Origin: an uncultured Candidatus Saccharibacteria bacterium
Lineage (GTDB): Bacteria; Patescibacteriota; Minisyncoccia; UBA6257; JACOXY01
Direction: 5' to 3'
Assembly (NCBI GenBank): GCA_964357615.1
Contig: CAYHMC010000004.1
Span: 25,722-89,721, forward strand
Length of the DNA: 64,000 bases
Below are positions 8,668 to 19,050 of the stretch, one piece after another; position 1 is the stretch's first letter, and every line of letters starts with the position of its first letter. Made by a program: the position numbers and the translations under genes. The notes beneath the pieces are model-generated. The model was not told the DNA's origin and ran no database searches. It worked only from the letters and a program-made list of their open reading frames with translations.

Positions 8668-8696
8668 TTGACTAATATTCTATAATGTTATATAAT
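8668..8696 (+). promoter_or_regulatory. sigma70 promoter
   Basis: TTGACT-17nt-TATAAT. Confidence 0.75.
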
Positions 8697-8734
8697 CGGC
8701 AACAGCAAATCGCACTAGAAAAGGAGAAGCGGAG

Positions 8735-9052
8735 ATGGGGCTTAGCCTCAAAGACCAAGTAAAACCATCGGGCTTCAATATCAAAAGCCATCTGATTGGA
8801 AGTAATCTCAATAAATCGGAGAAAGAAACTGTGGCTAGAAATGTCATTGTTATTTCTCTTAGGAACGGTGATGCATGGTTTGATTTCACCTTCGAAGATT
8901 ATATGGATGCATGTGGCAGAGATAGGTCTTTTGCTGGCGAGGAAGCCTGCCTCAATGACCTCGTCCACGAAGACGGCGTTCTTACTAAAACCGGAAATGT
9001 ATATTCCGTAAATGAGAAATTTTTTAGAACTCTGGCTAAGTTCATCAAGTAA
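8735..9052 (+). CDS. Hypothetical protein
   Basis: 105-aa ORF with AGGAG/GGAG SD after the promoter. Confidence 0.65.
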   Translation: MGLSLKDQVKPSGFNIKSHLIGSNLNKSEKETVARNVIVISLRNGDAWFDFTFEDYMDACGRDRSFAGEEACLNDLVHEDGVLTKTGNVYSVNEKFFRTLAKFIK

Positions 9053-9063
9053 GGAGGAGCGCG

Positions 9064-9474
9064 ATGAGTCAACACCCGTTTGTTGCAGTAAAGAAAGTCG
9101 AAGGCCCTATCAAAAATTCCCTTACAGGTTTATATGACCCCAACGGAGTTGACCTTGGCGGAAAATATTCGCTAGAAGCTCTATTTAATGAAATTCGAAT
9201 TGATGGGCTGATAGAGCGGTGCCGAGAGAAAGGCGGACCGGTATATCTCCTCGTGTGGGAAGGAAACAAAATCCCTCGTGGTGCAAAAATTATGGGCCAC
9301 GAAATCGTCTGGACTCAAAATGGACTTGTTTCCGCATCTCTTGGAGCTGTAGAAAGATCATTCGACATTGGCACATATGATCGCCTTGTGGAATTTGGAG
9401 GAAAAACTGGAAATCTCCAAGTGATGATGGTTTATGTTTTTCCGAGTATCAATGAAAAGGAAGAAGACAACTGA
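9064..9474 (+). CDS. Hypothetical protein
   Basis: 136-aa ORF with AAGGAGG SD; terminator at about 9509-9534. Confidence 0.65.
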   Translation: MSQHPFVAVKKVEGPIKNSLTGLYDPNGVDLGGKYSLEALFNEIRIDGLIERCREKGGPVYLLVWEGNKIPRGAKIMGHEIVWTQNGLVSASLGAVERSFDIGTYDRLVEFGGKTGNLQVMMVYVFPSINEKEEDN

Positions 9475-9541
9475 AAGTAACGACAATAACAAATGGAAAC
9501 AAAAAGAGCTCCCCTTTTATAAGCGGGGGTTTTTATTTAGT

Positions 9542-9799
9542 CTATTTTTTTACAGCATAGGCTAACTTATTTCGAGCAGATAAAATTAGATATGAAACAA
9601 AACCAAGATAAGACAAACCAGTGATGCATACTGCTCCTATATTTGTTTGACTATTTAATACCAAATAAAAACCACTAACTAGAGTAGAAAAAACTAAAGA
9701 GCAAGCTATAATAAGTCGCGAAATTGAAGGGCTAACATATGCATAAGTTCCATACCCAATGCTCGCAAGCGCTGTTGTGACGTGCAAAATAAGTATCAT
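9542..9799 (-). CDS. Small membrane protein (3 TM)
   Basis: Hydrophobic 85-aa ORF. Confidence 0.65.
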   Translation of the reverse strand: MILILHVTTALASIGYGTYAYVSPSISRLIIACSLVFSTLVSGFYLVLNSQTNIGAVCITGLSYLGFVSYLILSARNKLAYAVKK

Positions 9800-9913
9800 T
9801 AATTAATTGTATATCAATTTAACACAATTAGAAACTGCAAAGCGCAAATCCCCTTTTGCGACACTCAAAAAAGATTTATAATAGTTATACACAAATCTAA
9901 TACAACAATTTAT

Positions 9914-10426
9914 ATGACTAATAAATCAAAAGTAATTTCTGTCTTATTTTTTTTACTTCTCACTGCGTCATTATTTTTATTCTTTAAATCTGATAAAACA
10001 TTTGATATAGAAATTATCCCTAATTTTGCGACTCCCACTCCAACGCCTATATTTCCTAGTGTTCAAATTGATAATTTAATCATTCCTGTTGATATAGCAA
10101 CAACAACTGAGGCCGTCATAAAAGGACTCTCTGGGCGACCTTCGCTCGGTGCAGACATCGGACTACTATTTATATTTCAAAAATCTGACATATATCAGTT
10201 TTGGATGCCTAATATGTTTTTTCCGATAGATATTATTTGGATAGATAGCAATTATAATATTATTGGTATTTCAAAAAACGCTACCGAAAAGTTTGACTCT
10301 AAAAATCCAGTTTTTTATAAACCATCAAAACCAATTCGCTTCGTTCTTGAAGTAAATGCTGGATTTTCTGATAAAAATGGGATTAATGTTGGCGATAAGG
10401 TATTATTTAATAGTATTAAAAAATAG
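9914..10426 (+). CDS. DUF192 domain protein
   Basis: GLSGR..GLLFIF..FWMPNMFFPIDIIWID..VLEVNAG; N-terminal TM. Confidence 0.88.
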   Translation: MTNKSKVISVLFFLLLTASLFLFFKSDKTFDIEIIPNFATPTPTPIFPSVQIDNLIIPVDIATTTEAVIKGLSGRPSLGADIGLLFIFQKSDIYQFWMPNMFFPIDIIWIDSNYNIIGISKNATEKFDSKNPVFYKPSKPIRFVLEVNAGFSDKNGINVGDKVLFNSIKK

Positions 10427-10428
10427 CA

Positions 10429-11451
10429 ATGAAAATAGAAAAAGTTAAACCAGACAAAGAAAGGGAGTGGAATGAATTCATAATAAAAAATGGCCCTCCT
10501 GTTGGGAGCTTTATTCAAGCATGGGAATGGGGGCAATTTTATGAAAAATTAGGACGCAAAGTAGAGCGATATTTTGTTGTAGAAGAAACTCCAATTGCGG
10601 CATTTACGCTTGTCTACCAAAAACTTCCATTTGGTTTTGTTTATGGATATGCACCTCGCGGACCAATAATTTCTTCTCCCGATGAATCTAAATACGAAAC
10701 TATTTGTAATGAAATTAGGAACTGGGCACTAAAAGAAATTCCAGAACTTATTTTTTTGCGCCTTGAACCTCCCCTTCCAATAGAATATAAAAAATTGCCA
10801 AAGCCTTTTTTTGAAACGCCATCTTATTACATACAACCAAAATTTAATTCTGTAATTCTATTAGACAAAGAAGAAAAAGATTTACTCGAATCATTTCACC
10901 CATCGACTAAATCCAATATTAACCGAGCAGAACGCCGTGGCGTAACAGTTAAAATTAAGAACGAAATAACTGAAGAAGAATTTGAACAGTTCAAAAAGAT
11001 GATGGGAGATACTTCGAAAAGAAACCACGGCAAAAAAATATATCCAAGTGTTGGTTATTTTAATTCTTTATTTGCACTGCTATTTAAAAATAGCTCGTCA
11101 AATAATTTAAATTTAGTTGCATTTTATGGGTATTGCGATGGCAAGCCAGCTGCAACTCATTTTGTTTTATTTTTTGGCAAAACTGCCACTTATTTATACG
11201 GCGCCTCGCATAGTGAATTTTTAAATTCAAAAGTTACTACACTCCTCCACTTTGAGGCCATGAAAGAAGCTAAGCGTGCTCACATGAGCTATTATGACAT
11301 TGGGGCAGTTGATGAGAAACGATGGCGCACACTCACACAATTTAAACGACAATTTAATGGCAGAGAGTTTCAATACATTGGTAATGTTGATATACCAATT
11401 AGACCGTTTGGATATAAAATTTTTAACATCTTGCGCAATATAAAAAAATAA
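10429..11451 (+). CDS. FemAB/FemX family peptidoglycan bridge peptidyltransferase
   Basis: FIQAWEWG, YAPRGP, NINRAERRGV, YLYGAS, L..FKRQFNG. Confidence 0.88.
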   Translation: MKIEKVKPDKEREWNEFIIKNGPPVGSFIQAWEWGQFYEKLGRKVERYFVVEETPIAAFTLVYQKLPFGFVYGYAPRGPIISSPDESKYETICNEIRNWALKEIPELIFLRLEPPLPIEYKKLPKPFFETPSYYIQPKFNSVILLDKEEKDLLESFHPSTKSNINRAERRGVTVKIKNEITEEEFEQFKKMMGDTSKRNHGKKIYPSVGYFNSLFALLFKNSSSNNLNLVAFYGYCDGKPAATHFVLFFGKTATYLYGASHSEFLNSKVTTLLHFEAMKEAKRAHMSYYDIGAVDEKRWRTLTQFKRQFNGREFQYIGNVDIPIRPFGYKIFNILRNIKK

Positions 11452-11524
11452 TTGATTTTGTAAATATTAGATTATTCATGCTAAGTTTTACAGTTATTTT
11501 GTAATTTAAAAGCAATAATATGAA

Positions 11525-12232
11525 ATGGAAAAAATAGATAAAGAAGAAAAAACACCAAAATACCAAATAGTAGATTTGCCTGAGGAGTATTATTTTGATA
11601 ATGAACCAGATACGCAAGAAGGAAAGATAATTCACTATAAAAAACGCTTGTTTGATAAAGACAGAAAAGAAGCAGATAAGTTTTTGCTTGAAGCTAAAGT
11701 CGGAAGGTATAGCTATATATTAAATTTTGGAGAGGCAGTTTTGTGGAGCAGTAAGGAAAGAAAGGTTTACGGCATTAGCTTTAAAACTAAAGAATATGAA
11801 TTTGCCACTACTGACTTAGACGAAGAGGAGAAAAGAGAACTTTCAGAAATAATTCCAGAATTTATCAGAGAAGTCCAAGAATATTTAAACGGAGAAATAG
11901 ACGAAATTTTAGTGTCCCCATCTGGTGCACCATACTCAACAAAAGAAATTGATGAGTGTATTGACAGTCTAATTTTAATAACAGAGAATAAGTACACTAA
12001 AGAACAACTTCTAGATGAATTTAATGGTTTTAGAATATTTGATTTATATAAAGAACTGACAGGAAAGGATTTTCTTCCAGTTCACTATAACGCTGACAGT
12101 CGAGCCAAAGGACGATCTAGGCTTTTTAAAATGCTGGCAAAAAAATATCTTCCTGAATGGCAAGTTAACGAAGATGAATATAATCCCAATAGTATAGATT
12201 TTACTCTTATTAGAAGAAATGCTAACAAATAA
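11525..12232 (+). CDS. Hypothetical protein
   Basis: 235-aa ORF co-oriented with neighbours. Confidence 0.7.
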   Translation: MEKIDKEEKTPKYQIVDLPEEYYFDNEPDTQEGKIIHYKKRLFDKDRKEADKFLLEAKVGRYSYILNFGEAVLWSSKERKVYGISFKTKEYEFATTDLDEEEKRELSEIIPEFIREVQEYLNGEIDEILVSPSGAPYSTKEIDECIDSLILITENKYTKEQLLDEFNGFRIFDLYKELTGKDFLPVHYNADSRAKGRSRLFKMLAKKYLPEWQVNEDEYNPNSIDFTLIRRNANK

Positions 12233-12237
12233 ATATT

Positions 12238-13158
12238 ATGGAAAATAATGCGCTATTTATAGAAAATCTGGTAAAGAAATATTCAAATGGAACTGAAGCA
12301 CTAAAAGGTGTTTCTCTTAATATCCCCAAGGGTGATTTTTTTGGCTTACTTGGTCCAAATGGTGCCGGAAAAACAACGATCATAGGAATATCAACGGGAC
12401 TCGTAAATAAGACCAGCGGAACAGTCTCTGTATTTGGTAATGACATCGATAAAAACCCAGAGGAAGCTAAGACATTTATTGGTCTTGTTGGTCAAGAATT
12501 AAATTTTAATCCATTTGAAAAACCAATTGATATTGTTGTAAATCAAGGTGGCTATTACGGCATTCCAAGAAGTATTGCTGTGCCACGCGCTAAAAAAATA
12601 TTAACTGATTTAGGACTTGGCGATAAATTAGAACAAAAATCTATGGCGTTATCTGGTGGAATAAAACGCCGTCTTATGATTGCAAGGGCCTTAATACATG
12701 AACCGCAATTTTTAATATTAGATGAACCAACTGCCGGAGTTGATGTAGAACTGCGCCGTGGAATGTGGGATTATCTTCAAAAATTAACCGCAAACGGAAT
12801 AACAATTTTGCTTACAACTCATTACCTAGAAGAAGCAGAACAACTTTGCAAACAAGTTGCCATTATTAATAAGGGGCAAATTATTGCCTCTGGAACAATG
12901 AAAGATTTATTAGGCAAACTAAAGACTGAAATATTAATAATAGATTTGGTTAAGCCGGTAACTGAAAAGGCACTTCACGCGCTAAAAAGTTACGATGCAA
13001 AAAAAGTTGACGAAACAACTATTGAAATAAGTATTGGCGAAGGTAAGGGATTAAATGATGCTATTTTAATTTTGCAATCAAATGATTTGCCAATTCAAAC
13101 AATACGCAATAAATCTGGCAAGCTAGAAGAGGTATTTGTTAATTTAACTAAAGAATAA
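12238..13158 (+). CDS. ABC-2 type transporter ATP-binding protein (YadG-like)
   Basis: GPNGAGKTT, LSGG, LILDEPTAGVD, TTHYLEEAE. Confidence 0.92.
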   Translation: MENNALFIENLVKKYSNGTEALKGVSLNIPKGDFFGLLGPNGAGKTTIIGISTGLVNKTSGTVSVFGNDIDKNPEEAKTFIGLVGQELNFNPFEKPIDIVVNQGGYYGIPRSIAVPRAKKILTDLGLGDKLEQKSMALSGGIKRRLMIARALIHEPQFLILDEPTAGVDVELRRGMWDYLQKLTANGITILLTTHYLEEAEQLCKQVAIINKGQIIASGTMKDLLGKLKTEILIIDLVKPVTEKALHALKSYDAKKVDETTIEISIGEGKGLNDAILILQSNDLPIQTIRNKSGKLEEVFVNLTKE

Positions 13159-13168
13159 TAAAGATATT

Positions 13169-13951
13169 ATGAAAACATATAGATATTGGGTTTCTTTTTA
13201 CACAATTGTACGCAAAGATATAGTGCGAATTTTTAGAATTTGGGTTCAGACTTTTTTGCCTTCGGTTATAACATCTTCACTTTATTTTTTAATCTTTGGA
13301 ACGGTTTTAGGATCACAAATTGGAGATGTTCAAGGAGTTAGTTATATGCTCTTTGTAATTCCTGGCTTAGTTATGATGGCAATTGTAACAACAGCATACG
13401 CAAATACTTCTTTTGCATTTTTCTCAGCAAAATTTTTTGCCCGTTCAATTGACGAGATATTAGTTTCTCCTACTCCCCCATGGCTTCTAATTGCAGGCTT
13501 TGTTGTGGGAGGAATGGTTAGAGGAATTTTAGTTGGTGCTATAGTCCTATTAGTTTCACTTTTCTTTACAGGACTTACACTTGCAATCCATAATCTGTTA
13601 ATAATACTTAGCTTTGCTATACTCGCATCACTTATCTTTTCACTCGCTGGATTAGTAAACGGAATTTATGCGAAAACTATTGATGGAATTAATATTTTCC
13701 CAACTTTTGTTTTAACTCCACTAGTTTATCTTGGCGGTATATTTTATTCAGTACAAAGTTTGCCTCCTATATTTAAGGAATTTACACAAATAAATCCTAT
13801 TTTTTATATTATCAATGGTTTTCGTTATGGATTTTTAGGAACAACAGATGTTTCGATTGGACTGGCGGTTTCTATTCTTTTAGGACTAAGTGCTGTTTTG
13901 GTTTCAATTAATTGGTATTTAATTAGAACTGGACTTGGACTAAAACAATAA
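13169..13951 (+). CDS. ABC-2 type transporter permease (YadH-like)
   Basis: R.W.QTFLP, PGLVMM, LGGIFYS, NPIFYIINGFRYGFLG. Confidence 0.92.
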   Translation: MKTYRYWVSFYTIVRKDIVRIFRIWVQTFLPSVITSSLYFLIFGTVLGSQIGDVQGVSYMLFVIPGLVMMAIVTTAYANTSFAFFSAKFFARSIDEILVSPTPPWLLIAGFVVGGMVRGILVGAIVLLVSLFFTGLTLAIHNLLIILSFAILASLIFSLAGLVNGIYAKTIDGINIFPTFVLTPLVYLGGIFYSVQSLPPIFKEFTQINPIFYIINGFRYGFLGTTDVSIGLAVSILLGLSAVLVSINWYLIRTGLGLKQ

Positions 13952-13990
13952 TAAAAATACCCCGTACAATATGGGGTATATTTTTTTAAC

Positions 13991-14767
13991 TTACTTTGTA
14001 GATATGCTTACCGCATCTATATAGGTATCAATATTTTGTTCGTCAATTAAGTCCAGTATGCCTATAGCTGGACGCGTGTCTGGACCATCATACCAAGGAG
14101 GAACAGAGGAGCTTGGAAATTCTTGTTCTACCAAAATAAAAAAAGTACCATCCAAATCTGTAAGTGTGCCAGTAATTTGCAACCCACCATCTTCTGTTTT
14201 AGTAATCACATTCTCTAAGCGATACCAATGATTTTCAAGAAGCCCACCTGGAACTTCCTCCCAGTCATGCAAATTTGTTCCTAGATAAAGTGGCAGACCT
14301 GCATTGTCGTATTGAATTATAAGTTTGTCAGGATCAATTCCCGTAGGGTCATGAGACACATCAACGCCAAGTCTCCCAAAAGCATAAGATGAGTTGGGAT
14401 CGCTCCCCTCAAGCGGTGGTCTATATGCACCAAAAGCAGCAATGTGGCTCCAGTCTTGAACTGAAGGAATCATAAAATTATATGAAACTCTGCGTTCCTT
14501 AAGATTAGGAATTCCATTTTTCCAATCAAGAATTATTGCGTTAGCTCTACCAGTTGTAATGCGCAAAACTATATTATCTGAATTAGCGCCACAATCTGAC
14601 GATGGTGATGGAAAGTTTATTAAAGCTACACTTCCAAATCTTACACCCCAATCATCAAGATTGGCTTCAATTCCATTTTGTATCTCGCAAGATTCATGGT
14701 TTTCGCTCCCACAAGAAGCAACAAATAAAGCTATGAGTGTAAAAAACACAATTCGTATTGCACGCAC
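13991..14767 (-). CDS. Putative lipoprotein
   Basis: Lipobox FVASC after a hydrophobic signal; beta-rich body; AGGAG SD. Confidence 0.65.
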   Translation of the reverse strand: MRAIRIVFFTLIALFVASCGSENHESCEIQNGIEANLDDWGVRFGSVALINFPSPSSDCGANSDNIVLRITTGRANAIILDWKNGIPNLKERRVSYNFMIPSVQDWSHIAAFGAYRPPLEGSDPNSSYAFGRLGVDVSHDPTGIDPDKLIIQYDNAGLPLYLGTNLHDWEEVPGGLLENHWYRLENVITKTEDGGLQITGTLTDLDGTFFILVEQEFPSSSVPPWYDGPDTRPAIGILDLIDEQNIDTYIDAVSISTK

Positions 14768-14833
14768 AAAAGCTCCTATTAAAATTACTATGTTCTACTA
14801 TATAGTAATTTAGGGACAATTCAACCAAGTAAT

Positions 14834-16075
14834 TTATCTTCTTCTAAAATTTTGACGCGGTGAGAATCTTTTCTGATAACCATGAGCGTTACTTTTTGGG
14901 CGTTCATACCTTGACCTAAAAGGTGTTGCGAATCTCTCTGATACCTCAGCGCGAGCTGGTGGAAGTTCTGGAAGTTTAGAGAGTGGTAAAACTGACCTAA
15001 TTAATCTTTCAATATTTCGAACTTCGTGTTTTTGATCTGGAGTTGCAAATGAAATAGCATGCCCTTTGCCTCCTGCTCTTGCCGTTCGGCCAATGCGATG
15101 CACATAGTCATCTGAAGATTGTGGCAAGTCATAGTTTAAAACAAGCTCAATTCCACTTACATCAATTCCACGAGCCGCAATATCAGTCGCTACAAGAATT
15201 TTATATCTTCCATCTTTAAATCCTTCGAGTGCATCTTTTCTTTGACCCATTGAACGATTTGAGTGGATTTCTGCCGAAGTATATCCAAGCGATCTAATTC
15301 TCATGGTAAGTTTTTTAGCTCCAAATTTAGTTCGAGTAAATACCAAAATCGAGCCACGATATTCTCCAAGTACTTTTTCTAACAACCTTGGTTTATCGTG
15401 CTTTTGCAAAAAGAAAAGTTCTTGAGTGACTCTATCAACTGTTGTTCCGGGTGGCGCAATCTCAACCCTAGTTGGCAACTTCATATATTGCTTTGCGATG
15501 TTTACTATTTCTGGTGGCATAGTTGCCGAAAATAACAATGTTTGTCTTTCATGTGGTAGTGATACCAAAATGCGCTTAAGTTGTGGAGCAAAACCCATAT
15601 CAAGCATTCTATCTGCTTCATCTAATACTAAGATTGAAATATTTTTAAGCACTAGTGTTTTTTGCTGAAGATGGTCAATGATTCTGCCTGGTGTTCCAAT
15701 AATAATCTGTGGGCTCCTATGTAGTGCCTGTATTTGACGGCCGATTGATTCTCCACCAACTAAAACTGCACTTCTAACATTCAATGGTGTTCCAAAATTT
15801 TTAAATACATCGTGAACCTGATAGGCCAATTCTCTAGTAGGAAGTATCACAAGAGCTTTCTTATTGCTAAGAGTGGCTTGTAATAATGGGATACCAAAAG
15901 CGAGCGTCTTTCCAGTGCCAGTTTGAGCTACGCCAATTAAATCTTTTCCTTCTATAGCCTGTGGAATGGACTGTGCTTGAATTGGTGTTGGTTCGTGAAG
16001 TTTAAATTTTTCGATAACAGCTATGATGTTAGGAGCTATGCCAAGTCCATAAAAGCCATTTGATTTAGGGTTCAT
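14834..16075 (-). CDS. DEAD-box RNA helicase (RhlE-like)
   Basis: Q motif, AQTGTGKT, PTRELA, TPGR, DEAD, SAT, HRIGRTAR. Confidence 0.95.
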   Translation of the reverse strand: MNPKSNGFYGLGIAPNIIAVIEKFKLHEPTPIQAQSIPQAIEGKDLIGVAQTGTGKTLAFGIPLLQATLSNKKALVILPTRELAYQVHDVFKNFGTPLNVRSAVLVGGESIGRQIQALHRSPQIIIGTPGRIIDHLQQKTLVLKNISILVLDEADRMLDMGFAPQLKRILVSLPHERQTLLFSATMPPEIVNIAKQYMKLPTRVEIAPPGTTVDRVTQELFFLQKHDKPRLLEKVLGEYRGSILVFTRTKFGAKKLTMRIRSLGYTSAEIHSNRSMGQRKDALEGFKDGRYKILVATDIAARGIDVSGIELVLNYDLPQSSDDYVHRIGRTARAGGKGHAISFATPDQKHEVRNIERLIRSVLPLSKLPELPPARAEVSERFATPFRSRYERPKSNAHGYQKRFSPRQNFRRR

Positions 16076-16494
16076 TAACTATTTTTTTCTAATTTTGTGA
16101 GATGTTCAGAAATCCTCGCGTGAATTTCACCAGCAATTTTTTTTGATAATTCTCTTTTTTTCCAAAGCGTATTACTTTCAGAAAGATCTAGCTTCTTAAT
16201 TTTATTTAAATCCTTAATCATTGCATATCTTGCATGTCCCAAATCAACATTAGTCTGTACGCTTAAATCTTCTATTCCTTGATGAATTTGCTTTAGATAA
16301 GTATATTTAGCTAATATATTATTTTCGCGATTTGCTTTTATATTTAAAGTTATGCTTTTAAGTAAAACTGGATTAAATTCTATATGTTTTACAAAACCAT
16401 GAATCGCCACAAAAAGATCATAGCTTGGTTCTGTTTTTATGACGCTTTTTAGCTTTTTATCAAGATTTGTCTGAGTTTTTTTAATTTCATCCAT
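16075..16494 (-). CDS. Hypothetical protein
   Basis: ORF coupled to the helicase by a TAATG overlap. Confidence 0.65.
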   Translation of the reverse strand: MDEIKKTQTNLDKKLKSVIKTEPSYDLFVAIHGFVKHIEFNPVLLKSITLNIKANRENNILAKYTYLKQIHQGIEDLSVQTNVDLGHARYAMIKDLNKIKKLDLSESNTLWKKRELSKKIAGEIHARISEHLTKLEKNS

Positions 16495-16657
16495 TTGCTT
16501 AACTTTACCAGAAATTAAGTCGGATGTCAATACTTCTAGACCTCTTCGAGCTAGCTTCGCATTGTTATTCTACTTATCTAAAATCACCAAATTTAATCTG
16601 CTAATTTTAGATAAATTGGGCAGTCACAGTATTAAACTACTGCGTGCCCTATGTTTA

Positions 16658-16876
16658 TTAAATTGTTGGTAGCGCCATCACTTCAGCCAACTCTTCTGCT
16701 GAAATCATAGCTGAATTAACAGCTCTAAGCTCAGAGACAGGAGCTTTGCACCTCGAAGAAATATTAATATGCGCATCTTCGATAAGATGAATAACCGTCA
16801 TAACACCAGCTCTTTCTTCTATTTCAACAGAGCCACGCTTTTTGCATGTATCACAGAACCAAATCTGTTCAGCCAC
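16658..16876 (-). CDS. Small hypothetical protein with CxxC
   Basis: GTG start after GAGG SD; TTGACG-17-TATATT promoter; WFCDTC motif. Confidence 0.55.
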   Translation of the reverse strand: MAEQIWFCDTCKKRGSVEIEERAGVMTVIHLIEDAHINISSRCKAPVSELRAVNSAMISAEELAEVMALPTI

Positions 16877-16985
16877 AGCTACCTCTATCCTGTAAAACTT
16901 TTGATAATATACTAACAAATAGGTAAATCGTCAAACCATAAATAACCTAAAAATAGTTTTGGGTTACTGAAGTATTTTTGTGTTT

Positions 16986-17528
16986 TTATTTCAAGTCAAA
17001 GATAACAGGCATTTCAAGTGAATCATCATGCTCACGAAGATCAGATGCGTTAGATTTTTTAAGTATTAAAGTTCCTTTATTACTATAAATATTTTTATCT
17101 ATAATGAATGTAAGTTTTGCCTCAAATGGAACAAAATTTTCGGTCATCCACTCGCCATTTGCAGTTGCAAAACCTTCAGCAATTGTTTTCCCTTCCCAAT
17201 TAGTAAGTGTTACGGGAAAATTTGCCTCAAAAAACCACTTGCCCCTAGCTTCACCAGTAATAATTAAAGGGCTCGTAATTGTTTGATTTGGCCTAGGCGA
17301 AGTAACTTTAATTAAATCAACCTTATCAAGTTCATTGCCGATATTTTCAGTAAATGTTTCGCCATTATACTGACACTTTCTTGGATAACTTTCCATGACT
17401 GGATCTCCCAAGGCGGCACAATCTTCAAAATTCGTGACTGCTATTTGATTGCTTGGTTTATTCCAAACAAAAAACCCTACGCCAATAATTATAATTAATG
17501 TAATTAAGATAAAGATATTTTTTTTCAT
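16986..17528 (-). CDS. Membrane-anchored Gmad2 Ig-like domain protein
   Basis: NFEDC..G.PVMESYPRKC and ITGEARGKWFFEANFPV..GEWMTENFVPF. Confidence 0.85.
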   Translation of the reverse strand: MKKNIFILITLIIIIGVGFFVWNKPSNQIAVTNFEDCAALGDPVMESYPRKCQYNGETFTENIGNELDKVDLIKVTSPRPNQTITSPLIITGEARGKWFFEANFPVTLTNWEGKTIAEGFATANGEWMTENFVPFEAKLTFIIDKNIYSNKGTLILKKSNASDLREHDDSLEMPVIFDLK

Positions 17529-17637
17529 AAAATAATCATACCATATACATAAACAAATATCCCATAAAATTGACAAAAGATGATAAATAATATATAATTC
17601 ATTCAGCATCAAAAATTACAGGAAAATGGGGTTGTAG

Positions 17638-17814
17638 ATGAAAGGTGACTTGAAAAGCATTCTTGCACTTCTACTTCTTATTCTTGCTACATGTTTATAC
17701 GAACATGCGAAATGGACGGCTCCAAGTCCTTATGAAGTTTGTGAGAAAAAGCCAGAAGTTCTGCGCCACAAGTGTCGCAAAGACATAAGTAACGCTTTAT
17801 CTTACTTATTTTAA
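17638..17814 (+). CDS. 58-aa small secreted or membrane protein
   Basis: Manual translation MKGDLKSILALLLLILATCLYEH...; perfect TTGACA-17-TATAAT at 17570-17598; hairpin after the stop. Confidence 0.55.
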   Translation: MKGDLKSILALLLLILATCLYEHAKWTAPSPYEVCEKKPEVLRHKCRKDISNALSYLF

Positions 17815-17859
17815 TTTAGACCAAATCATTTAGGTCTTTTTTTATATCTAAAAATGTAG

Positions 17860-18705
17860 TTAAGATTTCTTTATAAAAGTACCAGAGTTAAGTTCTGAAA
17901 ACGCTTTTTTTAATTCTTCGTTTGTATTCATTACGATTGGTCCGTGCCATGCGATTGGCTCCCCTAGTGGTGTTCCAGAAATCAACAAAAATCTTACAGA
18001 TTCATTTGGTGCATGAATTTTAATTACATCACCACTAGATAACAGTGCAACACTACCAGAAGCGATTGGAGAAAAATCAAGATTGGATGCTGCGGTTCCT
18101 TGGAATACATACAAAAACGCTGTATCCGATTCCCTTAAATTACATTCAAAAGTTCTGCCACTCTCCAAAAAAACATCTAAATAAAGTGGGTCAACCATTA
18201 AATCAGCAATTGGCCCGCGCACATCGCGAAAATTTCCAGCTATTACTTTTACATCTGCTCCGTTGTAACTCACGGTTTTTATTTGTCCTGGCAAAATATC
18301 TTGATACCTTGGGGACATCATTTTTTCTTTTTTAGGTAAATTTACCCAAAGCTGAAAACCAGCTATCGGTGCTATTTTTGGATTTGGCATTTCTTGATGA
18401 ATTATTCCCGAACCAGCAGTCATCCACTGCACCGCGCCAGATTCAACTACGCCCTTATTTCCCATACTATCAACGTGTTCAACCTCACCACCCAACATAT
18501 AAGTTACTGTTTCAATACCTCGATGTGGGTGCCAAGGAAATCCAGCAGAATAATCGTTTGGATTACCAGAGCTAAAATCATCAAGCATTAAAAATGGATC
18601 GAGATGTGGAACTTCTGCTAATCCAAAAGCACGATGTAAAAGCACGCCAGCCCCCTCTCTCATTTCTCTAGTTTTATATATTTTTTTAATTGTTCGTACT
18701 GGCAT
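17860..18705 (-). CDS. Pirin family protein
   Basis: DPFLMLDDF, GFPWHPHRGIETVTY, QWMTAGSGIIHQE, FQLWVNLP, GPIVMN. Confidence 0.95.
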   Translation of the reverse strand: MPVRTIKKIYKTREMREGAGVLLHRAFGLAEVPHLDPFLMLDDFSSGNPNDYSAGFPWHPHRGIETVTYMLGGEVEHVDSMGNKGVVESGAVQWMTAGSGIIHQEMPNPKIAPIAGFQLWVNLPKKEKMMSPRYQDILPGQIKTVSYNGADVKVIAGNFRDVRGPIADLMVDPLYLDVFLESGRTFECNLRESDTAFLYVFQGTAASNLDFSPIASGSVALLSSGDVIKIHAPNESVRFLLISGTPLGEPIAWHGPIVMNTNEELKKAFSELNSGTFIKKS

Positions 18706-18760
18706 TTTTGCTAATTATAACAAAAAACACTCCAACATTAATTTATAGTTGGAATGTATA

Positions 18761-19012
18761 TTACTCGTGGATTTTTTTAATTATATCATCCACCTCATTT
18801 TCTCTATCCTTATCATCTTCCTCCTCTTCAGTGATTGCGTCAATTATTTCTTGCAATTCATCTGGTAGTAAAGATGGTTTCTTGTCTTTATTAACTTCGG
18901 GTTTATCGCTTATATCGCCTAGACCAGGTTCGACATCAGGTATATTGTATTCATCTTCTTTTCTTGGCTCTTCAGCCGATTCCCCATATTCACTTTCAAC
19001 TTCGCTATTCAT
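18761..19012 (-). CDS. Small acidic hypothetical protein
   Basis: 83-aa D/E-rich ORF. Confidence 0.55.
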   Translation of the reverse strand: MNSEVESEYGESAEEPRKEDEYNIPDVEPGLGDISDKPEVNKDKKPSLLPDELQEIIDAITEEEEDDKDRENEVDDIIKKIHE

Positions 19013-19050
19013 AAATACAGAGTATCACTAATTTAATTATTTGCAAAAGT